Translations under genes and position numbers: made by a program
Notes under the pieces: model-generated
What the model was told of the DNA's origin: nothing
The model's input: the letters and a program-made list of their open reading frames with translations, nothing else
The model's database searches: none
Assembly: GCF_009914755.1 (NCBI RefSeq)
Contig: NC_060927.1
Strand: one strand, 5' to 3'
DNA from: the human T2T-CHM13v2.0 reference genome, Homo sapiens
Length of the DNA stretch: 64,000 bases
Part shown: positions 50,482 through 64,000 of the stretch, in pieces
Layout: every line of letters starts with the position of its first letter
Numbering within the stretch: the stretch's first letter is position 1

Positions 50482-51579
50482 CTAAAATAGAAGAGAGTAA
50501 TAAAAACATTAGAATCATCCATGTGGGGTGACTAAGGATATTTTACATAGTTCTGGAATCTACAAGTTTTCTTCCCTGTAGCAATAATCACTTTTGACAT
50601 TAGCCAGAAGTTTCATAAAACCAAATCATGTCAAAGTACAGGATTCCTACTTGGAAAAAAAAGGCCTAATTAAAAAAAAAAATCAATTCAGTTTGACCCA
50701 ATTTAGGTAGTATAATAAACAAAATCAGATTTTATTTCTTGTAAGTAGAAGCCTTTTGTTTCTGTATATGACAAAAAGAAAGACTCTTCCAAATACAAAT
50801 GTGTGATCTCAACATCTACTTGTGGGACAGAACTTTTTAAGCAATTTCCAGCCCATGAAGGAAGGCTTTTTTGAAAAGGTCTGTTTGGGGCATCAAATTA
50901 TCTTACATGGATTAGCATTACATGTATAAAGATACAAATCCCAAGAAAGCAAACCTGGCAGTTGATGAAAATAGCCACTAATCAAAGACCAAAAAATACT
51001 GGATACTTAAATAACTTGAAAAGACAAACACATGCATAACTAAATATAATAATTTCTTAATCAACGATACAGCCTCTTGATAAGGTATACTATACTAGTC
51101 AAGGAGCCAGCTGACAGTAGCACTAAAACCAAGGTTAAAGATGAAGACTGAATCTCATATAAAGTCTTATATGTAAATACATAAAATTCATTACAGAAAA
51201 GGCCATGCCTTAGTGTTGCTGGGGGTAGTCAACCTTTCCTAAAATATGCAGAGTTCCTGATTCTTGTTACATCAGTTTCTGAAACCACAAAATGAAAACA
51301 GAAACGTGGTTGCCATAACTACTGATTCTCAAATTATTTTTAAACAGTCTTTTAAAGAGATTAAGACATAGTAAAGACTGAAATGTTATCTCAGCATTCA
51401 AAAAAGTAAAAACGAAAAATGTGCATTTTATACAAAAATACTGCATCATATTTACACACGTATTGCTTTAATTTGGGTTTGTAAAGAAACTATTGGAAAT
51501 TTACATCTATTCTTAAAAAACAAGATTTATACTACTAGTTCAGTAGAATATAGTAAACATATAAACTTACATATCTTAC

Positions 51580-51696
51580 CAATACATTTCCAGAAGGTGG
51601 AGAATGTAGGGATTTATTTTCCTGTGGCAATTTAGAAATGAATGCAGGAGATTCATCTTCTACCTCCTCCAAAACAACAATACACACTCGACTCAT
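51580..51696 (-). CDS. ANKRD28: ANKRD28 first coding exon of the MSRVC... isoform (39 codons)
   Basis: ATG at 51696-51694 follows an in-frame TGA at 51741-51739. Donor TTG|GTAAGA at 51579, phase 0, joins the exon at 50481 in frame. Confidence 0.88.
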
Positions 51697-53400
51697 TCGA
51701 TCTTTTAAAACACTAAATTCCAAGCTATGTGATAAAAGTCACAGTTGGAAGAGCACAAGTAGTTTTTCCTCCTCTTCTGTACAACACTTACAAACATTCT
51801 CTGAACAGCACAGCTGGGTTTTTTTTTTTTTTTTAAAGTTAATAAGTACTACTGGAAAAACAAGTTTAAAATTATGACTACATAATTTGTAACTTCCTAA
51901 ATATAACGAAATTCTATTATTTCTGTTGGATTACTGCAATACTTAAGAAGAAATTTCACACCAACATGTCAATAACTAAAACTGAGTCCAAGCTCATTTA
52001 AAAATATTTTTCCTCTACCAAAATAGTCTTATTGCTCTATCTCTGAAATTTACTTGCACAAAACAATCATTGTTTTTGGTGACACAACACCACACAATAT
52101 AGAATGAAATGAGAAACAACTGCTGTGACAGAGATGATCACAGCGATACCCACTCTTGCCTGCAAGGTCATATAGTTACCAGTAGCTGTTTTGCTTATAA
52201 TTGAAAATAAAAAATAAAATCTCACTATTCTGTTTCCACTTCTAATTTGTCTTCATTTCTTCATCACTGGTTTAATGCAGATACTATTCACAGAAAAAAG
52301 ATCTAGAGCTCAGCACAAATCCTGAAAATGAAGCTCAGAGGTTAACAATTCTTTCAGTGTTTGGGAAAGGGGCAAAAAAAAAAAACAAAAAAAAAAAACC
52401 ACTCTGCATTAATAGCAAAGCTGCAGTACGTTTACATGTGATGAGTCAGACCACAAGAGACAATACGACTCTTGGTACTAGAATACAGCTTGATTAATCC
52501 AGGTTTCCCATATAATAGAAGAAACACAGTTAGCTTTATTCCCATCGATAGCATAAGCAAGGCAGAGCGTTCATTCTTTCTCCATCAGGCAGTTGTCTGT
52601 GGCTGCTCCAGCAAAAGGGCACAGGCACCAGGCAGAAATGGTGTTAGTGGAGAATCCTAGTAGAACAAGCAGGCTGTGAAGGAATTAGAAGGCATTTGAG
52701 CTCAAATTACTGCTTCAGGCTTTTTGTTTTCTTTAAAAAAAAAAAGGGGGGGGAAAAACATAGTAGTGTATCATTCCAGTGTTTCCTTTGATCTCCACAT
52801 GAATACAGCTTCCATTAAACAGTCTTCATTCAGAGAAAAAAATAGCAGACTGTGCATCTTCTTTGAGCCAACTACTTTATTCAGTCATCTGCCTCTTTGC
52901 CAATATAGTTTCCTTCCACTGTGAAAACCGCCACAGTTATCCTTTTCAGATTTCAAATGCTTTCCTGTTCCTCAGATGATCTTGCAAAACACCACTGACA
53001 TCCCCAAATGAGTAGGTCCTTAAAAAATATCTATAGAACCTCAGTATCAGTCCCACAGAAGCATTCCAACGGAGCAACAGTCTGAAGAGCAAAGACTGCA
53101 GACCCACAGGATGAAATGCCTAGTAATGCTCACATGTTACACTTACCAGAGATCTGAGCTACTTCTCGGGATGTAACTTCCTCTAGCAGGAGAAAAAAAT
53201 AGTGCATTTGGACAGCCTTCACAATTAGAAGGTTCATGCCAGTTCTGTGACTAATCCAAATCAAACTAAAAAATTCTATAACTGAAAAATGAGTGCGCTT
53301 TTAACATTTTCCACTAAAAGCCACAAGGAAATCTGGTGTACTGCCTCTGCTGACTAACAGTGGTTTTAGCAAGTAAACAATTCCAAACGGCTTAACTGCT
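51697..53400 (-). promoter_or_regulatory. ANKRD28: Probable 5' UTR and internal non-CpG promoter of the MSRVC isoform
   Basis: Lies in a roughly 4 kb stretch with no recognisable transposon. Contains AP-1, RUNX, FOX, E-box, TEAD and ETS-like motifs. The TSS cannot be located from sequence. Confidence 0.45.
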
Positions 53401-55249
53401 TTCGTGTGTTACAATAAAGCAAATGTTTAACCCTATAATGACAGTTGCAGTAAGAATATGCCTGCAATGGACTCATAAAAAAGGTTTAAAGATGGAGAAA
53501 TATTTTATTAGATTATAAAAACCATGAAATTGTTTTATTCATATTTTTACCAAGATCAGTTTTAATCTGCCAGGTGTATTTTATTTTCTAGAATGCAAAG
53601 CTTAAACAAATGAAATTTAAGATTGTCTAACAATTTCTAAATTGGTGAATTTAATCAATCATTGATTCATATTTTAAAGGGAAAAGCAAAAATTTCATAA
53701 TGTAGAAATCCTAACTCTAAAATTATATAAATCATTTGATTTTTCACTGAAGAAATAAAATAATCCTACCTTCCCATTTGGATAGGGAATAAAGCCTTAA
53801 AAATCTGTTAAAGAGGTACATGAAAAAAAAAATGTCCTTCGTCCTGAATTACCTATGTCAAAAGGGCACGGGGTAATACAAATAATCTCCCTCCCTATAA
53901 ATTTCCCAAAGCCATAAATAAATGTCAAAGCCAATCATTTCATCGTTTTTTTTCTTCTTTCTCTGTTTACCCAACATGGGGGATATTTCTCAAGAGAAAA
54001 CTTACAAAGAAAATACCATGGTCCCCCTTCAATCTGTGTTCTTCATATTAACTAGCATTTTTATTAATAAACAATAATAAACATAATAGTTACTTTTGAA
54101 CATCTGTGATATGCTATGTGCTGTACATTCTCATTTAATACAATAACCTTGCTGTATTCCCATTATAGAGGGAAAAACAGACTCAGAAATGATGTATTTT
54201 ACCCAAAGTTGTATAAATTAATAAAGTTGTGTGTTATTTTAAACACATACTCTTTCTAATCTATTCTGCTATCACTGAGTACACACACATACAGACACAC
54301 TCTCTTCTCTCCACTCATCTCCAGATCTTTGCAACCTGTAATACTAGCTTATAAAAGTGATCTTAACAAACAGGTAACCTATAAAGGTTGTGAAAAGTTT
54401 AGGTAACAAAGGAATATACTATTTATTGCTATATTCTAAAACGAGTTATTTTTAAATGGGTACTTCAAAGCAAGTCTTAAAACCATAAAAAGGAAAAAAA
54501 AAACAAAAAATCCCAGCATGATACAAATATAAGAATGTCAGAATTTAAAACAAGAACCATTGAAAGCTATAAAATGTATCAATCTATGGAAGAAGCAATA
54601 ACTCTAACATATTTGTACCAATTAAAACATGCTAACAATTCATTAGTTATATTTTAAAATATATAAAATACTTTTATGCCAAATTAAAGGTATGTAAATA
54701 TTGAACATACATCAATTATGTTATCCATCTCCACATAGCTGAATCAAAAAATCTTAATATTTGAAATATCTGAAAGTGAAACAACTATAGTAACAATATC
54801 CTATATTTCATCTTCAGGGTTCCCAAGCCCACAAAGCAAAATCTCTTTTTATCTTAACAATCTTAACTTGTTCCAAAGTATCTAGTACCTAAGTTCACCT
54901 ACTTAGACTTAAGCAGGTACATCCTGTTTCTTGTTCTAAGTCAACCTCCACACTTAGGTCTTTCCCAACCAGAAAACAAACTCCTTGAAGGTAGGGACTG
55001 TGTTCATACATATTGTCTCCTTCCACTTTCTTCCACCTATAAATAATTTCATTGAAATGAATTCTGTCGTCACGAGACTCTGGAAGGGTGGAGATTTATA
55101 AACAAGAATAGTGGGGGTGTGTTGGTATACATATATTTTAACCAGAAAATATAGGTGGCATTAAGGTGCAACAAAGTGAGTTTCATATCTCTAATAAGTG
55201 AACAATTAAAATTTCAGAAGTTGACAGGATATAAAACAAAGGTATGGGG

Positions 55250-55620
55250 TGATGGTTAAAACTAAGGGCTCAGGAGTCAGCCCACCTGAAGTTCAATTCT
55301 GCTTCCATCATTTCCTAGCTGTGTCCTTGGACAAACCACTTAAATTCCCTAAGCCTAAATTTCTTGACACTTATATAAGAAAAAAATAACCTGCAAAGAT
55401 TTTTGTCTAAGAGAAATAGAGTAACAGTACAGTGCTTGAGAATGTAGGCTATTTTGTGGTCAAATTGCCTGAAGTTCTAATCCAGGCTTCCCACTAACCT
55501 AATTCTGGGATCCTGGGCTACTCACTTATTTAGTAACCTCTCTGTGCTCATTTTAACATCTATTAAATGACATTAACAGAATTTACTTCATAGTGTTGTG
55601 AAATCTAAACAAGATAACCT
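55250..55620 (+). mobile_element. Two MIR relics
   Basis: ggttaaaactaagggctcaggagtcag..tcctagctgtgtccttggacaa; aacctctctgtgctcatttt..catctattaaatg. Confidence 0.55.
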
Positions 55621-57209
55621 TACTGTTATGGATATTTGGGATAGCTGAATGATATCCCTTGTGAAGCCAGTGAGTGGATCAAAGGCTATTAAACTCCTCC
55701 TCCTCTTGACCCAGTACAAGTGAGGTAATTCAGATTAATGTCTGGAGATCCCATTCAGTTGCCAAGTCCCCACACTTTTCAGTGATCTCTTGAGAGTCTG
55801 CTAAAAGCTCATTTTAGACTCTAGTAACTAGACAAGCACATACTAAGTGTTAATTGGGGAGAGGGAGCAGTAAACTTAGGCAAGAAAGACTACAGGTTCT
55901 TCCATTCTTCTACCTTCACTAGATTTTACAGTTTAGGGACTGTAAAATTCCTTTGGGAAAAAGGATAGAAAGTACTAGCCCATGGTATATTATAAAATCA
56001 AAAGCAGATAAAAAATACTAAGAGAAATATGTCAGTTTTTAAATTATTTAAATTAGCAGCACTGTTTTGTGTCTTCTTCTATTGAATAAGACAGGCTCCT
56101 ACCCTCAAGGAACTCACATCTTAAAAGGAGACAAGTGAATATTTAAGAACTTAGAAACAGAGAAAGTACTTCTGATAAAAAACTGCTGATAAAGATTGTG
56201 CAAACTGTAAGTTCAACATTTTTTTCCACTTAGAGAAATATCAAGGGGATGTGGTTATTTTCTTTGGTACTTATTTTTTAGGCCATATTAGATTAAGTTT
56301 TTAATAAGCTAACAAGTTCAACTCTGACAGCTTTATAATCCTTCTATTCTTTATACTAAAATGTATCCTATTAAGAGCTTACTCCTACTATTAATGGAAT
56401 CACATAATGGTAAAGCTGGCTTAAACCTTTTTACTGATTATAAAAACATTAAGTCACTGGAAGATAATTTTTGGGTTCCTAATTGTTACACCTGAATTTC
56501 TTTTTTTGACACAAACGATTTTTCCTTTCTGCAACAAGATCCAACCTAAACCTCACCTTTTGTCTTACACATCTGTGAACTCCGTATTATCATAGAATAG
56601 AATACTCAGGGTATATTAAGTGGCTACTCTGTGGCAAGTAACAAGCTGGTCTCTGAGTATTTGAAAATAAAAAGCTTGTGGTGAAAGATGGTAAGGAAGT
56701 GGGTTCAAACAATGTTATAGAAAACATTTCTGACAGATCAAGAATCCTCACCAATCTTCTTGAGCTACGCCTCATCTATCCATATACTTTAGGAAAAAAA
56801 AGTCTTATGAACAGAGTTAAAAGAAAATGAGGTAGAGGGTGAGTGGGGAGAAATCAAGGAATAGCTGCTTTCTAGGCTACACAGGCCAGAATCCATGCAA
56901 TTATCTATGTGATTATTAGAGCCACTGCAAGAAAGTCACTAGATATTCAAAACACAACTCAAAATCCTCATAATAGATCAGACTTAACTCTCTGCAGGTA
57001 ATATATTTATGATCCAGGACACTTATTTTTTATGCAGTCATAATGCCAAAATGGCCATTAACCAATATCGTTTGACGATCTCAAGTGGTGTGATCCCACT
57101 GGTACGTTACATTCGTAATAATAAATTGTTAACCCTTCCAATATTAATAGTACTGTATACTGCAGATTGTTAGCACATTCTAATATTACATGTGTTTTCT
57201 GCAGAGATC

Positions 57210-57640
57210 TGTATTTTGTGTCCATTCCTCCAGGCTTCCATTTCAGCTTTAGGTAAGTACAGAGCCTCACACAATAAAGACTACATTTCTCAGCTCTCTT
57301 GTAGCTAGGAGCCACATGAAAAAGTTTGACCAAAATTTTAAGTAGGTGTTGTGTGCCTTTCAGAAAACTTTCTTAAAGACCAACTAGCATATTCAGCTTG
57401 CTTCCTGGAACAAAGATGATTGGCCACTATCTTAAACCAAACAAGGACCATAGTCTAGGGTAGTGAAACTACACTAGAAGGGAGCTGGGTCTTTGAGGAC
57501 TTTGCCAAACAGAACTGCCATACAAGCCTTGGACTGTCTACTTTCTGACTTTTATGTTAGAGAGAAATAAAAAGTCCTGCCTTGTTTAAGAAACTGTAAT
57601 TTTGCATCTCTGGTACTTGGAGCTGAGCCTAACTCTAAAT
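57210..57640 (+). mobile_element. Old MLT1 (J/I-like) LTR
   Basis: agactacatttctcagctctcttgtagctagg..gagagaaataaa..cttgtttaag..agctgagcctaactctaa. Confidence 0.55.
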
Positions 57641-57989
57641 GATAATCTTACTCTTCCTTTAATTATCTATGAGTGGACATATATCCTTCGAGCCCTGTTC
57701 TTCCAACATCCATACTCCAGTACAATGTGGCTACTTAAATCTTCAATAAATAAAATGAGTTAGAAACTTGAGCTGTAACATATTGTACTAGAAACAATAA
57801 TCAGAAATCTGCTGGAAAATAATTCATATTTTCCTGGATAAGCTAAGGACAATCAGAGGAGAGAGAAAGAGATGGAAACAGTTACCACAAATATTCTCAA
57901 TCATCTTCAGCCACCATTTTGGTGGGTACTGTTATCAAATCTCTAAATGAGAAACAGGCTCAGTAACATCTAGTCAGCCAATCACTTAT

Positions 57990-58930
<941 letters not shown>

Positions 58931-59865
58931 TTAAGAAATTTGGGACTTTTTTAGTTTCCAAATTTATACAATGAAGAATGTTACTTGTTACATCAATATC
59001 TAAGGTGCATTTCATGCTCTCAAACTCTGTTTTAAACTTAATACAGAGCCCATTATCTTAGCATCTACCCTCATGACTTCTAAATGAAATGTTAAATCCC
59101 AAAGTTGCCTACATCTAGGTGAATATTAAAAAAATTCATAAAGAATGGTGAGATCTGGCTCAATTCTACTCAATCCAGTACACTGAAATTATCTAAAAGT
59201 CTTTTGGCAAGAATACCTTACTTTTTAAAACACTCAACAAAAATACCACAGCACTGATTAAACAATTATTAGACATTCATATCTCTACTATACATACCAT
59301 GCCAAGGAATTATAAGGTATCATATATCACCTTCAAACTCCTTATGCAACTTAAATAGGGCATTATGTCATACACGTAAAAATCTAACCAGTACAAGATA
59401 CAAGATAAAAGACAGTAAAAGACAGTATATACTGAAGGCCGAGATATAGACTATACCTGCTACCAAGTCCATCATAGGAAAGAGTGTAGCATATGAAGTT
59501 ATTAATTGTAACTGACATATACAGATACCTTCTAACTGTCCATTCTCTAAAAAAATGGATATTTTAATAAAACTCTCCATAAACCTCATTATTTTGCTCC
59601 TCCTTTAATTTATAGGAAGGGTGCTTTGTCAAAGAAATCAATGGTCTGCTAGTTAGAACATTCCATGTAAAAACTCTATCACATTTCTCAGAAAATGGTT
59701 GAAGATTCAAAACTATCATTTATAATATATAATTGTTAAAAATGAGTATAAGTGACTGTTGAGCAGTTAAAAGCAATGGCTCACGGTGTCCAGGATAGAT
59801 AAGAACAAACATACAGAAGCAAAGGTAATTACAGCAAATGAGACAAGTTGTAGGATGTGGTCATT

Positions 59866-59904
59866 GAGGTGGTTACAGCCAAGTGGAGGTGGTTACAGCC
59901 AAGT
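59866..59904 (+). repeat. Perfect 19-bp direct duplication (period 20)
   Basis: gaggtggttacagccaagt g gaggtggttacagccaagt. Confidence 0.92.
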
Positions 59905-61655
59905 ACAGATGACTGCTGGTGTGGAGGTTGTTAAATAGTTAAGTATGTTCAAAATGTCATCTACAAAGAAATGAAATCACCTAGATGACAGACAAACATG
60001 ATCCAGATGTGGAACTGGGGTATGAGATGTGACAGATGATAGCAACAAGAAATAGAAGGATCACCTAGCCAAATGGTATGTGCCTCAAAGGAAGGAAGGT
60101 TTTTATAGACAGGCAGACTAGTAACATTTTAACACTATAATGGGGGACTAGAAGAATGCTGACTTTGCGCTCTTTCCTCCTCCCAACACACATGTACTTA
60201 CGTAGCAGGTACTTACGAAAACAGAGTTTCACTGACTTTTCCAAGTAAGTGTAGATTCAACAGTTACACATATGAACTTAAGGTTTAAATCAATATTTAG
60301 ATGACTATTTTTAGATTTCAGCCTTAAGAGAATTACTTCCTTCCAAAAGAATATAAGTAAAAAATTCAACAGGCCAAACTAACACAGGTTAGTTTTCTAG
60401 AATACACCTAATATGCCAAAACTAAGGAACAAAGGGAGAAAAACTACTCTGTTAGCAAGTATGTAGTACTGCATTTAAGTAATGTCTTTAAAAGTTAGGT
60501 TATTTTCTTCATAATTTTGATTACCTTGAGAAGCAGTTTGAAATTAAGGAAAAGGACTCATCATTTTAGAGGTCTTTTTTTTAAAGTTGTGATACTTTTT
60601 AAAATATCCTAGTCAATCTGATTAGTAAAATTTTTAGCTAAGATATGTGATGAGTAGTATCTCTGACATATGACTTATGTTCTATCAGGCCAAGGATAAA
60701 CACATTCTCTGAAATCTACATTATTATTTGCAAAGTTAATTATTGTTCAGCAACTGTATCAAAGACAATTTAGCCCTCATATTAAAATCAGTTGAGTGCA
60801 AAATTTTTATTTTAAACAGGCTGAATTTTGCCCTTCTTAAAAAAAGATTGAGGAAAGATTATGTGCAATTCATTCTGGTTTTTACAATGTGGTGATGCCA
60901 GAGTAAATGTAGTATGAAGTTAATGCACTTTAAAAGCTGAAGGGAGAAAATTTTCAGTTTTAAAATAAGTTGCTATGGTTACAAAATGTTTACCTTTATA
61001 AGCAATAATTATGTGAGATGTCCAAGGAATTCCCGAAAGTACAGTAAGATCAGTATCTGAAGTGTACATTCGTTATTTCACAAACAAACTGAACCCAACT
61101 GCATACATCACTTCCGTTTCAAAGTGGCTATCGTTTGGGAAATACTAAAAAAAAAATGATTCATGTCTTTCTGAACCATATTGGAGACAAAAATACTGAC
61201 CATAGCTATTTTTAAATTCAAGTAATGACTCAGAGAGTTTTAGTTCCTTTTATCAAAGAGTGCTGTAATTTTACATAGCACCTTCTATTGTTGAAAGAAG
61301 GAAGGTATGTTTGTAATGTGTCTCAGGTGTGGAGTTTCTTTTATACATAAATTTTCACGCCTTCGATAAACTTTTAAAAAGCCATGCTTGTAACAATGTT
61401 AATTCAGAGTAAAACGATGTCAACTCCTTTAGCTGTAGACAATTTTGAACTTCTTAAATGGGAAGAAGAGGCCCCTATAAGAATTGATAATTAGCCCATT
61501 CCTAACTAGGTTGTTAAATCCGCTATCAGTTACTGTATTGTAGAAATTTTTTGTGTGTCTGTGTTTTACATTTAGAACATTCAGTTTTGTAAGACTACTT
61601 ATAAAACTTTCAACCCAATATAGCTGATCTTAAAATTAGACGCTCATCATTACCT

Positions 61656-62017
<362 letters not shown>

Positions 62018-62109
62018 TAATGGGCCTTCCACCAGTGTCTACTTTCTATGTAATAGAATATTAAACACATTTGTTAATATTAGGCCTATCCTAAGCCAAA
62101 AATAATTTA

Positions 62110-62600
62110 TAAAATAAGATGTTACTCTCAACTGGCTTAAACAAAGGGATTATCATCACAAACATCAAGAATTAAAATAAGGTGGCTTTAGGGTGACTGA
62201 TTCAGTTATCCAATGCCATCATATATGACCTACGCTCCTTTCAGCTTTTCCCTCTGTCAGACTCAGCAAGAACCTTAGGATAACTCCCTTCATAGCCACA
62301 TGTTAATTGTTATACTTCATGGGATCCTATTAAACACATATTGTCATGCAGTAGAAGTGGAAATATCCTTCCGTGTCTCCCTTTTCAGGTATGAGGAAGA
62401 CTCCTAGAAGCCCCACAAGCTGACTTTCCCTGAAATGCAAAGGGCCAGGCTTTGATCACATGTCCCTTCCCAAATGAATCACTACTAGGCAGAATAGGAT
62501 TACCCTGATTAGCTTGTAATATTCGGGATTTCCCCAAGCGATGTGGGATAGACGTGGACATACAAACAAAATTGGGGGTAAGCATGCAAGAAGGAAGAGG
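62110..62600. mobile_element. Old MLT1-type LTR relic
   Basis: caactggcttaaacaaaggga..tcctagaagccccaca..gactttccct..cacatgtccctt. Confidence 0.45.
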
Positions 62601-63139
62601 GTAATTGCAAGGAAATCATTTTATAAATGCCATGGACATACAAGAAAAATGTCAAACATAAGAAAACAGAATACTTTAGGATGAAATAGTAAAATACACC
62701 TTAATTTTGACCTGTTAAAATGAGAGTTTTATCTCCAAAATGTTTCCTATTAATCTCATCTTCCTTCTCTATGAAAAGCAAGGCTAATTACTAGACACTG
62801 GGCAGACTACCACTAGAGCAATGAAACTAGAATACCTTCAAGAAGGGCAGCCAGTATAATGCATAATCTAGAAACCATTTCATAAAGGGTTGATAAAGCT
62901 GAAGATATTGTCTGAAAAGGAATCAGGGAGAACATGAAAACTTTAAAATATTTGAAGTACTGTCACTGTGAAGACAATTACACAGTTTTAGAGATAAGCT
63001 AAATCGATGAATAATAAACAGGAAGATGAAATGTTTCAATATAAGATAATACTTTTATCTGGCATTTTTCAGTCTGAAGGCATAATAAGGTTGGCTACTC
63101 ATATGGGGCAGGGATAAACATCCCAGGTAACTTGAATAG

Positions 63140-63330
63140 CTACTATGGTTGTAGGCACTTTATGTACATTCACTTAATTCTAACAACATGCCTGCAAACT
63201 AGTTTTTAAATCCCAATTTCACGGACAAAAAATCTGAGTTGGACCAATTAAACACTGGAAATCACAAGGCTAAGCAGTAGGGAAAACTGGATTCTAACCC
63301 AGACCCATCTGTCTCCGAAGCTTGGCTCTT
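63140..63330 (-). mobile_element. MIR
   Basis: ctactatggttgtaggcacttt..ctggattctaacccagacccatctgtctcc. Confidence 0.5.
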
Positions 63331-64000
63331 CCCACACACCAGACACCTAAGAGAAGTTAAATTAGCAGTTGTTAAGGAAGCAAATGGGGTTTTTGAGCTG
63401 GTGAGAACCAAATATCAACGGATTTGAAGTCCTATTCAAAATTAAGATGCCAGAAATGAAGTATTACTTCCTTCCATTTGACCAATACCTTCTAGTTTAA
63501 GAATGTTTCACATCGATCTTCCCACTGGTTCCTCACAGCAATGCTTTAAGGTAAGTTGGAGAAAGGCCTTATCCCCTGGCTTTCTACCTCAGAGAGGAAA
63601 AAAGAAAACAAAGATGAATCCTATCAACTTCCCTCTGCTTTGTCTCCAAGCATATTTGTATTTTCAACTTTTTCTCTATGATCTTTCATTTATTCAATAG
63701 TCATCTTTCATTTATTAAGTACTTCTTACATCTCAGGCATCAAATCTTCAAGACTTTGCAGTCTAATGGGAAGACCTTGTAGTTGCAGAGGAAAAGGTTC
63801 ATTCAAGACTGTATCTATCTTCTAATAGACCTTACTTTTTCAATTCTGATTCCTTTCTTACAGCTTTGGTTTAACCTTCTGTTCCTTTATTTTGGCCTAT
63901 AGAAAGCTTTCCTGCCTCTTCACCAAGCTACCACTCCTTTTGTTTGTTTGTTTGTTTTTAATTGTTTCGACCCACTGCAATCTAGCTTTCCACCAATCAA

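Noticed and set aside
51697-51723. N-terminal extension MEFSVLKDR in the ORF track
   Set aside because: It starts at TTG; the first in-frame ATG is at 51696.

Overview
Human (primate) genomic DNA: AT-rich, CpG-poor and mostly intronic, with abundant Alu, L1, LTR and DNA-transposon fossils. It holds the 5' part of ANKRD28 (PP6 regulatory ankyrin-repeat subunit A) on the minus strand. Four coding exons splice in frame with GT-AG junctions: 51696-51580 (MSRVCIVV... N-terminus), 50481-50398, 21468-21390 and 7008-6938. They encode the first ankyrin repeats, and the gene continues off the left edge. Repeat content includes a gene-sense old L1 carrying a human-specific AluYb8, several gene-antisense L1 fragments, about 17 Alus, MaLR/ERV solo LTRs, Tigger/MER DNA transposons, MIR/L2 relics and a 5'-half tRNA-Gly(TCC) retrocopy. 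I found no evidence of a previously undescribed biological system. The best leads are regulatory or evolutionary: tandem splice donors, a uORF next to the start codon, candidate cryptic or alternative exons, the young AluYb8 forming inverted pairs around exons 3-4, and one target site hit twice (tRNA half, then Alu). Repeat subfamilies were called by eye from remembered consensus features, and boundaries of old repeats are approximate.
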